A DNA stretch of 63,656 bases, filler included, from Barthelona sp. PAP020 (GCA_040182905.1; 8 parts of 8 records of this genome joined end to end with filler, not necessarily neighbours in it); one strand, 5' to 3'; shown: positions 11,515 to 22,285, numbered from the whole stretch's first letter. Numbers and translations: made by a program. Notes: generated by a model not told the origin, from the letters alone.

Positions 11515-11709
11515 TCAAGGCATAAATGGTGATGTTTCAAAGTTCATATTGTCATTAACATCTTTATCTTTATCAGGTTCTTGCAAAGATGAAAAAGAAA
11601 AATTATTTTTTGAGGCAAGTGGAGTTCCAGTTGCAGCAACACTGACAAAAGCTGAACTAGAAGGACAATCCACAAATGTTGTCGATTTGGTTAATGGTTG
11701 ATTTTGCAT
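11515..11709 (-). CDS. Possible 64-aa small protein
   Basis: ATG-initiated ORF MQNQPLTK...ETSPFMP with coding-like composition filling the gap between two genes. Confidence 0.4.
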   Translation of the reverse strand: MQNQPLTKSTTFVDCPSSSAFVSVAATGTPLASKNNFSFSSLQEPDKDKDVNDNMNFETSPFMP

Positions 11710-11767
11710 TGCAGATAAAACAAAATTATTTGATAACAAAAAACAAATAAATATTATTGATTACAAT

Positions 11768-12184
11768 TTATCTCAAAACAACATCCAATTTCGAATTAAG
11801 CACATCAGTTGTATCTATTAAATGAGGATTAAATTCAGGATTATTCAAAAATTGTTCAGAATTAATCATATTATCAGTATTATTAATAAAATGCATTGCA
11901 TTTTGTGTAGGATAACTATATTGTTCTGATAAATGCCCTGTAGAAAACATTTTCTGTTCTTTTTCTAACATGTTCATAAAACTAACTCCAAATGCTGCTT
12001 TCTTTGATTTTAAATGAATTTCTAAAGGTTTTGGACCTTCTAAATATGGTTTTTGCTCCTTCATGATTACATTATTGTCACTATCAATCCGTTTTGGAAG
12101 TGTTGAAATGTCAACTGCAGATTGAGGATTTTCAATGTTACGACCTAACTTTGTATCATATTTAATATCAATAGGCTTTGGCAT
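11768..12184 (-). CDS. UMP1: Proteasome maturation factor UMP1/POMP-like
   Basis: FGVSFMNMLEKEQKMF...FINNTDNMINSEQFLNNPE...VLNSKLDV parallels the POMP C-terminus (G...L.ME...G.DE.I.FEDILN.P...E.KL); size ~138 aa fits. Confidence 0.65.
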   Translation of the reverse strand: MPKPIDIKYDTKLGRNIENPQSAVDISTLPKRIDSDNNVIMKEQKPYLEGPKPLEIHLKSKKAAFGVSFMNMLEKEQKMFSTGHLSEQYSYPTQNAMHFINNTDNMINSEQFLNNPEFNPHLIDTTDVLNSKLDVVLR

Positions 12185-12346
12185 TTGTTTAATAAGACGA
12201 AAAGAAAAAAAATTATCAAACTTTCTGCATCCACACCTAAAAAACTTCAATCAACTTCATTAACAGACTTTAAAAATTAAATAAAATAAAACAATCACTC
12301 TTTTATTGAAAAAGACTAGGGCTAAGGAAACATAACCCAACTATTT

Positions 12347-15300
12347 TTATGGAAAATGTTTTGTTGTTTTGTTTGTTTCAATAATTTTAACAATATGTGT
12401 ATGACCATTCTTTTTAGCGATTGATAAACAAGATTCACCATCATCTCTTAAGAGGAAAAGATCTGCATTATAGTCCATCAGCATTCTCACACAACCACCA
12501 TGTCCTGCTTCAGCTGCAATAAAAATAGGTGTTTGTTTTCTGTCATCAAATGAATTAACAAATAAATCATATTTTTGCAATAGCAATTTGGCAATACCTA
12601 AATAACCAAATCTAGCGACAAAATGCAACAAAGTTGTGCCACCTTTAATATTCAAACCTTTATATTTAGCACCACTTGACAATAAAAATCTGGTAATAGC
12701 TATATCACCATAAAAAACAGCAGTGGCCAAGGGCGACAATCCATTTTTATCCTGCAATTCAATATTTGCACCATTTTCCACTAAATATTTGACAAATTCC
12801 AAGTTTCCATCAATAACTGCCAGGAACAAAACCGACAAACCATTTTCATCTGTAATATTGAGATCTAATCCTTTGTTAATCAAGTATTCAATTGTTTCTT
12901 TTTTTCCATTGTCACATATTTGACGCAACATGAGCAAATCAGTACTTTTTGACCTTCGCAGTTGATTTAAGTTTTCTTGTCGCGAACTCAATAAAGTATA
13001 ATTCATCAGCTCTTCAATCAAGGAATAATGGTCTTGTAATATGGCAATTGTAAATGGTGTATTCTCATTGTGACACTTTTGATGCAAATTTGCACCAAAC
13101 TTAATTAACAACAAAGCAATTTCCTTGAAATTTTCTTGACAAGCAATGAACAGTGGGGTTATGCTCAATTTGTTGAGAATATCAACGTTGGCCCCATTAT
13201 TCAACAAAATTTCCACTACCTTGATGTGGTTATTCTGAGTAGCAACATAAATCGGAGAAAATCCAAAAGTATCGCATAAATTCACATTTGCACCAGCTTT
13301 GCACAGTAAATCAACAATTGAATCATGACCTTCCTGAGCAGCTATACTGATAGGACTAGTCATATCATCTTTAACAAGATTAAAGTCTGCTCCGTATTGC
13401 AAAAGAAGTTTAACAATTTCTAAATGCCCCAATTGGCAAGCTATAAAAATGGGTGTACACCCATTATCTCTTTGGATATTGATATTAAGATGAGAATTTT
13501 GACAAAATAATTCTACAATACTCACATCATTTTTTTGACAGGCGATATAAAATGGAGAAATTTTATTTGAATCCACAACATTGATATTTGTGTGGTTATC
13601 CTCCAATAACAGTTTCACAATATCCAAATGTCCCTTGAACACAGCTAAAGCCAAAGGTGATACATCAAAAGCACTCATGAAATTAACCTCACATCCTTGA
13701 GATAATAAAAACTCGACAGTTTCAAGTTGATTGTTAAAAATAGAAAAAAATAGAGGAGAAGTTCCATCTTCTCTTTGGAGATTGATATCAACACCAGAAA
13801 ATAACAATTCTTCGATAATTAGTTTGTGACCAGTGAATGCTGCACAATGTATTGGATAAGAACCTTGAAAATTTTTGATGTCGTGCAAGGCACCATAATT
13901 CAACAATAACTGAACAATTGTTAAATTTCCTGTGGCACACGCATGATGTAATGCAGTCCATCCTTGCTTGTCCATATTATTCAGTGAATCGGTATTTCCA
14001 TTTGAAACTGCTTTAATACAAACTTTCATCACTTCAAAATCACCATCACAAGCACAACGATGTAGAAGACTCATGCCTCTTTTATCAACCTCATGTTCAA
14101 ACTCTTCAAAACCATCAGGTACCAATATCATGCTTAAATCAAAATGAGCATTAGGTTTCGCATGCAAAGCAGAAATTGACTTGTTTAATTTGAGTGTATC
14201 ACTTAAATGAACATTCTCATCCAAAATACTCTCAATTAAAGAAAAATAACTAATGATTTCGTTCAAAACTGGTCGATCAATGACAGAATTACAAAAACAA
14301 CTCTTCATGTATTCATAACCAACAATGTTATTTTCGATTTGATAAGTCTTACTCGTCATTAACTTCAAAAAGAAAGTTCCGACCGCCCAAACATAATGAC
14401 CCTCACCTAAAAAGTCTTGGGAATCATTTGTTGCTAACCAGTCATTATTTGCCGTGTCCAACATCCAATCCTCGCTATCTCTAGAAAAATTGGGCAATAA
14501 AACAACTTGATCTCCATCTAAAAATACGTCATCCTTTGTTATTTCCGGTATTTCAATACCAATAGATTGATAAAATTGAACAGCAATTGATATATCTTTT
14601 AGAAAGGAAATCTTTTTCCGTACAGATAAACTGCGGGAAATATCAAGCAAATTAAAGGAATATTTCGTCCAAACACTATACACATCCCCTGATTTTCCCC
14701 AAAACTCACCTTTTGAAAACTTTTCTGCCTCTAATCCTGATCCTATGATTGTGCATAGCCCTTCATTTTGTACTATGCCAACAATTTCACCAATAGAATC
14801 AATAGAAGCATCGTAAATAGAATAAATAAATTTTAACTGTCTTTCGTTCAGCAACAATCTCAAAATTACTTCATCATTATAATAATATACTTGTTTAGAA
14901 CTTGGATTGATGGAAATTCTATTCCAATCCAATGTAAGATCATAAGGGTTATGCTCCATCTCAACATCATTAAGAACTTGCTCATAAATAGCATCTAATT
15001 CTTTCATATGATTGGATTTCTGTGTGTCAAAAAAAGATTGAAATTGCATGAACATTTCTTCTTCTACAAACATTTCAAGTACCAATTTGTGATTGATTAA
15101 ACTCAATTCTTCCACTTTTTCTTCAATTTTCCTTCGAAATTTTTCAGAAAATAGATCTAAATAAACACTTCTAAACAAAAATTCAATTTGATCCAAAATG
15201 TGATGAAAATCAAGCAATTGATCGATATTTGCTAATTCTAAAAAGCTATAATCAATATCAAAATTAATATTCAATAATTGAAAACAAATATCATATAATT

Positions 15301-15622
15301 GTTGAATTAATGTATAAAACACTTCATTTATATATTTATCTTTATATTTTTCATATAAAACTTCAAATAAATATGTAATATTAAGAATTCTAAAATATAA
15401 AAGAAATAAATGATCAAAAACTATGTAAAAACCCTCTTCATCATCTTTATTATTGTTATATAATTGAATTAACATTCGTGAAACTTTATATATATTATCA
15501 ATAATAGAAATATCTAGCCCTAATAAATTGTTAAATATTTTTTCAAACTCAAATTCAATGATTTGTTCAATAAATCGCTTTTGATCATTAAATACACTTT
15601 CAAATAAATCATTAAACGGCAT
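12347..15622 (-). CDS. Pseudokinase plus long ankyrin-repeat array protein
   Basis: Degenerate kinase subdomains (IPEITKDDVFL for HRDLKxxNIL, LPNF for DFG, VWAVGTFFLKLMT, CF...DRP), then a VPDGF linker and roughly 16 ankyrin repeats. Confidence 0.85.
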   Translation of the reverse strand: MPFNDLFESVFNDQKRFIEQIIEFEFEKIFNNLLGLDISIIDNIYKVSRMLIQLYNNNKDDEEGFYIVFDHLFLLYFRILNITYLFEVLYEKYKDKYINEVFYTLIQQLYDICFQLLNINFDIDYSFLELANIDQLLDFHHILDQIEFLFRSVYLDLFSEKFRRKIEEKVEELSLINHKLVLEMFVEEEMFMQFQSFFDTQKSNHMKELDAIYEQVLNDVEMEHNPYDLTLDWNRISINPSSKQVYYYNDEVILRLLLNERQLKFIYSIYDASIDSIGEIVGIVQNEGLCTIIGSGLEAEKFSKGEFWGKSGDVYSVWTKYSFNLLDISRSLSVRKKISFLKDISIAVQFYQSIGIEIPEITKDDVFLDGDQVVLLPNFSRDSEDWMLDTANNDWLATNDSQDFLGEGHYVWAVGTFFLKLMTSKTYQIENNIVGYEYMKSCFCNSVIDRPVLNEIISYFSLIESILDENVHLSDTLKLNKSISALHAKPNAHFDLSMILVPDGFEEFEHEVDKRGMSLLHRCACDGDFEVMKVCIKAVSNGNTDSLNNMDKQGWTALHHACATGNLTIVQLLLNYGALHDIKNFQGSYPIHCAAFTGHKLIIEELLFSGVDINLQREDGTSPLFFSIFNNQLETVEFLLSQGCEVNFMSAFDVSPLALAVFKGHLDIVKLLLEDNHTNINVVDSNKISPFYIACQKNDVSIVELFCQNSHLNINIQRDNGCTPIFIACQLGHLEIVKLLLQYGADFNLVKDDMTSPISIAAQEGHDSIVDLLCKAGANVNLCDTFGFSPIYVATQNNHIKVVEILLNNGANVDILNKLSITPLFIACQENFKEIALLLIKFGANLHQKCHNENTPFTIAILQDHYSLIEELMNYTLLSSRQENLNQLRRSKSTDLLMLRQICDNGKKETIEYLINKGLDLNITDENGLSVLFLAVIDGNLEFVKYLVENGANIELQDKNGLSPLATAVFYGDIAITRFLLSSGAKYKGLNIKGGTTLLHFVARFGYLGIAKLLLQKYDLFVNSFDDRKQTPIFIAAEAGHGGCVRMLMDYNADLFLLRDDGESCLSIAKKNGHTHIVKIIETNKTTKHFP

Positions 15623-15789
15623 ACAATATTACAAATACATGAAAATTTGAAAAATGAATTGAAAAAAATTCTTTTCAGAATCAGTTTCTTTTCAAATAAA
15701 TCCTGATTAATTATCAACAAATAATATATAATAATTACCTCTTTAATTCAAGCGAAAAATTATACACAATAAAAAGAATCAACAACTAT

Positions 15790-15939
15790 TTATTTGGTCA
15801 TGTTTTTATCAAAATAATTCAAATAACCTCTACAAGCATCCGCGCCACAAAAACAAGGAATTGCATCCTTTATGTGCTCTGTCCTGAACTTATAATCATA
15901 TGTTAGCTCTTCACCACACTCAATATTACGCTTGGAGAA
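15790..15939 (-). CDS. SET-domain histone methyltransferase (SET1/Trithorax-like), 3' fragment
   Basis: FSKRNIECGEELTYDYKF...IPCFCGADACRGYLN = SET C-terminal ELxYDY motif plus post-SET CxCx4C. Confidence 0.88.
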   Translation of the reverse strand, partial: FSKRNIECGEELTYDYKFRTEHIKDAIPCFCGADACRGYLNYFDKNMTK

Positions 15940-15940
15940 G

Positions 15941-16040
15941 NNNNNNNNNNNNNNNNNNNNNNNNNNNNNNNNNNNNNNNNNNNNTTAATTAATTAANNNN
16001 NNNNNNNNNNNNNNNNNNNNNNNNNNNNNNNNNNNNNNNN
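15941..16040. other. Artificial contig linker
   Basis: N44-TTAATTAATTAA-N44. Confidence 0.98.
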
Positions 16041-16041
16041 A

Positions 16042-16212
16042 ATTATTCAAAGTGTATGGAGAGGTAATTTAGTTAGAGAGGCTAATTCTGCCAAAATATA
16101 TAAATTCAAAGAAAAAGCACAAAAAAAACTTGAAAAAGAAAGAGCTAAACAAAGCAGAGCCGGAAGTAGTCGAAAATCAGCAATAGGTACAAGACAATCA
16201 ACTCGAAAATAG
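16042..16212 (+). CDS. IQ-motif protein, 3' fragment
   Basis: IIQSVWRGNLVRE (IQxxxRG motif) followed by a basic tail and TAG. Confidence 0.7.
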   Translation: MIQSVWRGNLVREANSAKIYKFKEKAQKKLEKERAKQSRAGSSRKSAIGTRQSTRK

Positions 16213-16890
16213 CATAAAATAATTGTAATGTAAAAGCAACATAAATTTTGGAAAGTTTCTTTTTATTCAAATACAATTCAACAATTACACTTTCAAAATT
16301 CTTTCGAAAGATCTTATTTACATAAGAATTGCTTGAAAAGAAATGTCTGTTTATTGGAAAAAGAATTTTATAGATTCAAGAATCCATGAAGATTTTTGAA
16401 AAAAAAATATAAAGAACACAAAATTTACACGATATGAAGAAGACACGATTCTCAAATTTGCAAACGAATGGAATACAACAATGAAAAAACTCCAAGAACT
16501 CACTCTTTAATGTTCAGTCACATTTTGCCATTTGAAAAAATAATTCTTGATAAAAAAGTCAATCAATTCCCGAAATAAATTGTGAAAAACAAATTTCAGT
16601 TTGAAGGGTCAATGTTGACAATTACAAAAATAGACTCAGCATCTATAAATAAGAAACACTGCTGATAAACAATTTCAATGACAAAAAAAAACTTGACTCA
16701 AAGCACAATCCATGTACAAAATGATCTGTGAAAATATTTCAAAAGACGATTGTCAAATGGCTCATTCTATGAACCCACAAACAAGGAACAATAAAATTAA
16801 CATTTTCAAACAACAAACAAATGGAAGTAACATTTATTGATACCTTCAACAACATTAAATCGTGAAATGGTGTTTTTAAAATGTAATTAA

Positions 16891-18099
16891 TTAATCATTG
16901 TTGTCATCATCAACGTCACAACTCTGTTCATCCATAAATGACCGCAAATTGCCCCCATTGGTTTCATTGAAGTCAACTAAATCCCAACATGTATCCGCAA
17001 TCATCTTAAACTCTTCTTCATTCATCCAAATACCAGCAGCTACTAATTGTCTGATGGTTTGAGTATCCATATTCACAGCAAAAAGATTCGACACCACATG
17101 TCCACCATCCTTTGATAATTCAATTAGTTTGGATTGTTGTATGGTGTCACATTCACGCGTGATTGAATAAATCTTGATGGTATTTCCTTCACATGGTCCA
17201 CATGCAATTTGTCTCATATCAGGCGACAAACCAAAAGAACCATCATTTTCGCAACCACAATGTACCTTTTGAATTTCCTCAAAGGTATCCACATTGTAAG
17301 AGGTAATATAACCATCATTGGACATAATAATAAGGATATTGGCTCCAAAGAATTTAAAACAAAAAATCTCTTTAACCACATGAAAGGTATGTATGAGTGA
17401 TCCATCATCCATATTCCAAAGTTTAATTTGATACAAACTATCGCTACCTGCAATTATTCGTTTAATAGGATGGAAATCAATGAAGATAACCTGACTATCA
17501 TAATCGATTGTACGAACAACAGAAAAATCATCAGTATTGATCAATTTGATAGTCTTATCCTCACTGCCAGTTAAAATATGTTTGCCATCACACAAAGATT
17601 TTAATGCCCAAATGTCACGAGAATGAACATATTCTGCCAAGACAATATTACCACTATTTATATCCCACTTCTTTAGACTTCCATCATCATCACCAGAGAA
17701 TATAAAATTGGAACAATGTGAAAAACAAATGCCAAAAACAGCACTATCGTTACTCAATGTTTGAATAAGGGAGAAATCTGGAAGTTTATAGACAGAAATA
17801 GAACCGTTAGGTGAACATATCGCCAATTTTTGTCCATTTTGTGAAAATACAACATCACTAACATAGAATTTATAATCTTTCAAAGTACAATTCAAAGTTC
17901 GAGTTTCTACATCAATTACATGAGCACCTTCTTGAGTACAAACCACCAAATATTTACTATCTGGTGAGTATTGACAATCATGAATTGTATTAGAAGACAA
18001 TATGCCTCCAATTTCAACCACACTGCTCTGGTCAATTCTATGAGAAAACATCGTTTTAATATTTCTCCTTAACAATTCATAAATTGACTCACCAGACAT
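16891..18099 (-). CDS. WD40-repeat protein with lineage-specific C-terminal domain (paralog of 25289-26494)
   Basis: WD repeats (SGDDDGSLKKWD, TGSEDKTIKL, IKLWNMDDG); collinear with 25289-26494. Confidence 0.9.
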   Translation of the reverse strand: MSGESIYELLRRNIKTMFSHRIDQSSVVEIGGILSSNTIHDCQYSPDSKYLVVCTQEGAHVIDVETRTLNCTLKDYKFYVSDVVFSQNGQKLAICSPNGSISVYKLPDFSLIQTLSNDSAVFGICFSHCSNFIFSGDDDGSLKKWDINSGNIVLAEYVHSRDIWALKSLCDGKHILTGSEDKTIKLINTDDFSVVRTIDYDSQVIFIDFHPIKRIIAGSDSLYQIKLWNMDDGSLIHTFHVVKEIFCFKFFGANILIIMSNDGYITSYNVDTFEEIQKVHCGCENDGSFGLSPDMRQIACGPCEGNTIKIYSITRECDTIQQSKLIELSKDGGHVVSNLFAVNMDTQTIRQLVAAGIWMNEEEFKMIADTCWDLVDFNETNGGNLRSFMDEQSCDVDDDNND

Positions 18100-18489
18100 A
18101 TGAAACATCAATAAAAATAATAAATCCAACACACAAAAGAAAATCAATTTGTTCTTTGCTGTTCCAGTTTCAAAAACAAAAAACGATTGGCCCAAAACAG
18201 TGTGCAGTTAAGTAAAAGAGAATTATTATGATTTCCTCAATTTTTCCTTTTTTTGCAATTTGCTTTCTTATTGATTTGCTTCAATGAAAGAAATCAATAG
18301 AAGTTGTTGATAAATTTAGCATTGTTTCCTTCAATTGTTTGAACAGAGATTGTTCGTGTTTTCATAAACTAATAAGGTTTGCTATCACTTTATGGCAATT
18401 AATCGACCATTGAAAGTTAAAAATATGAACAAAAGTTGTTCATAAAAAGAAAGAATTCCAATTTAATAATGTTTATAAATAAAAAACTT

Positions 18490-20013
18490 CTAAGCTTCAT
18501 TATACTCTTCTTGTTCAAGTTCAGGAGCTTTTTGTAAAGGCTGTTCTTCCAAAGATGAACCGGTTTTATCCACATCTGTTTCTCTGTTATTGCTGTTTTC
18601 TTCAACAACTTCTTTTGCCTTATCAATCTTAATGTTGAATTGCTCCAAAATGAATTCAGGCATTTCTTCTCTCAAATAATATGTGAAAGACAAATGATTG
18701 CTGATATTTTCGTTGGATTTGGAAATCGATTCAAACAATCTATTCAATGCAACAGTGAAATCCAACATACCCTTTTCTCTATATACCTCATTAACCAACG
18801 AAACACCAATCAAATATAATCCTGTACAAGGTTTACCTATACCTGCTTCCTCACTCAATTCCAATCTTGAAATCCAAGGTTGCACATAACTCACACAATC
18901 ATCTGCAGGCAATCCTTTTAAATTCATGCAAACGGTAATTCTACTTTCAACCAAACCACAAAATGCACTAAAATCAGTCTTATTACCTGCACCTACTTGT
19001 AAACCAATATAAATTGGATAAATCAAAGGAAATCTAACAGTTCTCAATAAGCTATCTGTACAAGTCATCAGTAAATTTTTTTTATTTGGGATTTCAGATT
19101 CGTAAATTTCTTGCATCTTGCTAAAGATCTTATCTGCCCTAGTAAATTCCTTTTTCAAAACAATCAAATTTGAAGGTGTTGCCAATTTAGTAATATTTTT
19201 CGCAGGGGCTAAAGGTGTGATTACATTCATTGTATATCTGGTTTTATTCCTAAATTGAGTTTCCTCAGGCTCCAATTCAACATTCTGTTCATCAAAATCA
19301 TGTTCATAAGCATAATATCTCATCATTTCAGATAAAATTTCAAAAACACTCGCTTTTTTTCCCAACCTTAAATGAACGTACAGGGTTAAAACAGTCCAAC
19401 CTATTCCAGCAGGAAAACCCATCGGATTAGAATAGAGTCCACGTTGTTTGGCCCAATATTTTATAAAACACAACGCATGTTCAAAATTGCTTTGATGAGG
19501 TATCAATGTCTTGAATTTTTCACAAATTTGCGCAGGAATAAAGACTTCTTTTTGGGTTTCACTCAAATGCTCTGTAATAACAGATACATCATCATCAGGA
19601 ATGCTTGAACGATTGATGGAAGCAAAAGCAAGATCAAAATCAGTTTTATTATAGCAAAGCTTGATAATGGGTTTTGCAGCATTCTTCACCAAAACAATAT
19701 TTTTAAAGCCTCGAGTTTTACACAATTTTTGATGAAATGTAATCCAAACATCTTTTCCATCAATATCAATACTATTTGGACATATCAACAATAAATCAAT
19801 ATCTCCACCAGGATTCACAGCATTTAAACCATGTGAACCATAAGGTCGAATTCTACCTTCCTTTCTTTCATCCCCTGATATTTCAAGAATCCATTGATTA
19901 AAAACTCTTTTCAGTTCATCCTCTGCAATAGCTCTATCATCCTTTTCTTGCTGATCAAGCATTATTGGATGTCTCCTTAATGCATTTCTAAAATCGAAAT
20001 CTAATGATGACAT
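18490..20013 (-). CDS. PAP1: Canonical poly(A) polymerase
   Basis: YGSHGL...GGDIDLL nucleotidyltransferase motif, PIIKL, FDLAFA, IKYWAKQRGLYSNPMGFPAGIGW, ITPLAP, GLVESRI. Confidence 0.93.
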   Translation of the reverse strand: MSSLDFDFRNALRRHPIMLDQQEKDDRAIAEDELKRVFNQWILEISGDERKEGRIRPYGSHGLNAVNPGGDIDLLLICPNSIDIDGKDVWITFHQKLCKTRGFKNIVLVKNAAKPIIKLCYNKTDFDLAFASINRSSIPDDDVSVITEHLSETQKEVFIPAQICEKFKTLIPHQSNFEHALCFIKYWAKQRGLYSNPMGFPAGIGWTVLTLYVHLRLGKKASVFEILSEMMRYYAYEHDFDEQNVELEPEETQFRNKTRYTMNVITPLAPAKNITKLATPSNLIVLKKEFTRADKIFSKMQEIYESEIPNKKNLLMTCTDSLLRTVRFPLIYPIYIGLQVGAGNKTDFSAFCGLVESRITVCMNLKGLPADDCVSYVQPWISRLELSEEAGIGKPCTGLYLIGVSLVNEVYREKGMLDFTVALNRLFESISKSNENISNHLSFTYYLREEMPEFILEQFNIKIDKAKEVVEENSNNRETDVDKTGSSLEEQPLQKAPELEQEEYNEA

Positions 20014-20278
20014 GTGTAAAAAATTAAAACAAAAGGGTACAAAAAATTTTTCATTTATTAATATCACCACTTTATTACATTAGTATTTGAACAAAAAAAT
20101 ATAAATAATATTTTAATGAAGGATTTACAAATTGTGTTAAAAAATGGCGATTTATTTCTCTTTTTTTGTATCATTCATAATCAATATAAAGTGAATCAAT
20201 CTTCATAAGTTTTCAATAAAGGCAAAAAAATGACAGATGAAGCTGTTGATTTCTATACAAATTATTTTTTTCTAAATA

Positions 20279-22129
20279 ATGTCAAGTCCCAGAAACCCTG
20301 ATGGTTTTGGAACGCCTAATTATGGAAGACATAATGCAATGACGCCAAAACGAAGTGTTTTAACGAGAAGATTTGTTCAAGAAAATAAAATTGAATTACC
20401 TATTCGAAGAATTGATCTAGAAACATTACCTACAGATCGTAAATTTGTTAGTACTCCGAGAAAGAGTAATCAAACTCAAAATACTTTCGAACCGCAAAAG
20501 TTTGAACACAAAGAATTGTCGATTATTGATTCAATAAAATATCCTTTCCCACAGAAAACATTGACTGAAAGTGTATTACGAAAAATAGAGAAACATCCAG
20601 AAGTTTCGAATGTTAGTTATGAATTGCCTGCACCCAAATTAAAGAGAGATATCTTTGATGTTTTTGAAAACATTTTCATATTTTTTTGTCTATTATATTA
20701 TTTTTTGAGTATTATTAAGGGGAAAGAGATCCAAATTATAATTGAAACAATATTTCTTTCATGTTTGTTTGTTTATTTGACCATAAGGTCACCAAAAATT
20801 ACTGATGGTGAAGAAGAAAATATTGATGAAGATATTGCTGTTTTATATGCATATGATGCTGAAATTGATTCTTCTGATTCTGATGAAGAAACTCATAGGT
20901 ATGAAACTTCCTCAATTAATGATAAAGGAATGGAATTGAAAATTTTCCATTTGTTAAAATCTATTTTATTGATTGTTGTATTTGTACTTGGTATTGTATT
21001 AATAATTAGTTGTTTAATGTATCCAAAACAGGTGATGAACAAAATAGGAATAAAATTTATGGGAAAGGAAGGTGTTGATTTTATAAATTTACAAGATATT
21101 GATATTTCCAAAGAAAATGTGGAGAATGACAATGAATATTTTGTTAAAGAAAAAAAACAAACAATAAAGAAGGAAATTATTGAAGAGAATGTGCCTATTG
21201 TGTCCAGACAGCAATTATTGGAAGAAATGCTAAAGAAGAATAAAGATTTGGTTGAGCTTAATGTTACTCAGATTGAAGAAGCTTTTATTGATATGAAAGA
21301 AGAAATAGAAGCATTAAATAAAGATATTACTTCATTGAAGAGATCAGTCAATGAAAAAATTGAGAAAGCTATCAAAGAAAACTTATCAAAATATAGTTTT
21401 GAAGGAGTTACCGAATTGGTTAAACGTGAAATTAACATTTTTGGTGAAAAATTGATTTATTTAGATAAAACTATTCAAAGAATTGATGAAATCAATGATT
21501 TAAAACTAAATTTGAGGAAATTAGAAGATGATCAAAAAGCTACTTTGGAATTGATTTTTGAAAATTCTACAAACTCTTTAAAACAAGCAATTAATGAATT
21601 ATATGAAGAAATAGAACCTATTATATCTCTTGTTAACATCATTGAGGATGAACGTAACATTACTCCTCGAATCAATTTAGCAAGGAAGTATATGGGTGCT
21701 TCGATCATAAAACAATCGCCAACGTATGGTTTTTCAGGAAATTCATTTATTTCTAAATATATTCTAGGTAATAAAATGAATCCTGCTGAAATGATGTTAA
21801 CAACAGATTTGGAACCAGGAAAATGTTGGTGTTGTGTACCTCCTTGCAAATTTATGGTTAGTTTGTATGAACCATGGTCAATAGACACTATCGGGTTTGA
21901 TTTCCCTGATTATCGCACAGTTTTGGATAATTCAAGAATGTCTCAAATTGAAGCGTATTGTAATAAAGAAAAATTAGGTAGAATCACAACAGGTTCTAAA
22001 ACTAGCACTATTGAAATGAAATTTAAAGAAATAATGTGTCAAAATATTGAGTTTAAAGTTATTACAAACAAAAAACAACCATTTGTTTGTTTATACAGAT
22101 TAAGAATTCATCCAGCTCAAAGTCAATAA
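20279..22129 (+). CDS. SUN-domain inner nuclear membrane protein
   Basis: Basic S/T-P N-terminus, TM segments, coiled coil, C-terminal SUN (NLARKYMGASII...SPTY...LEPGKCW...VCLYRLRIH). Confidence 0.9.
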   Translation: MSSPRNPDGFGTPNYGRHNAMTPKRSVLTRRFVQENKIELPIRRIDLETLPTDRKFVSTPRKSNQTQNTFEPQKFEHKELSIIDSIKYPFPQKTLTESVLRKIEKHPEVSNVSYELPAPKLKRDIFDVFENIFIFFCLLYYFLSIIKGKEIQIIIETIFLSCLFVYLTIRSPKITDGEEENIDEDIAVLYAYDAEIDSSDSDEETHRYETSSINDKGMELKIFHLLKSILLIVVFVLGIVLIISCLMYPKQVMNKIGIKFMGKEGVDFINLQDIDISKENVENDNEYFVKEKKQTIKKEIIEENVPIVSRQQLLEEMLKKNKDLVELNVTQIEEAFIDMKEEIEALNKDITSLKRSVNEKIEKAIKENLSKYSFEGVTELVKREINIFGEKLIYLDKTIQRIDEINDLKLNLRKLEDDQKATLELIFENSTNSLKQAINELYEEIEPIISLVNIIEDERNITPRINLARKYMGASIIKQSPTYGFSGNSFISKYILGNKMNPAEMMLTTDLEPGKCWCCVPPCKFMVSLYEPWSIDTIGFDFPDYRTVLDNSRMSQIEAYCNKEKLGRITTGSKTSTIEMKFKEIMCQNIEFKVITNKKQPFVCLYRLRIHPAQSQ

Positions 22130-22162
22130 CCAAATAAACACTATTCTTTTTTATTTCCAAGC

Positions 22163-22285
22163 CAAGAAGCACTGTGCGTATGAGTGAATAAAAAAGAATG
22201 GTGTTTATTTGGTTAATGGCTTTCGAGGCCCGATTGATCTGTTGAAAAACTTTAGAATTTTGCTTTTGCAAAGAAATCAAAAAGG
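22163..22285 (+). repeat. Dispersed repeat near ankyrin genes, copy 1 (copy 2 at ~33638-33790)
   Basis: Core 22203-22256 GTTTATTTGGTTAA..GCTTTCGAGGC.CGATTGATCTGTTGAAAAACTTTAGA is nearly identical to 33681-33734. Confidence 0.8.

Noticed and set aside
16380..16510. Myb-like fragment KFTRYEEDTILKFANEW
   Set aside because: Short, with no in-frame start or supporting exon; at most a relic.
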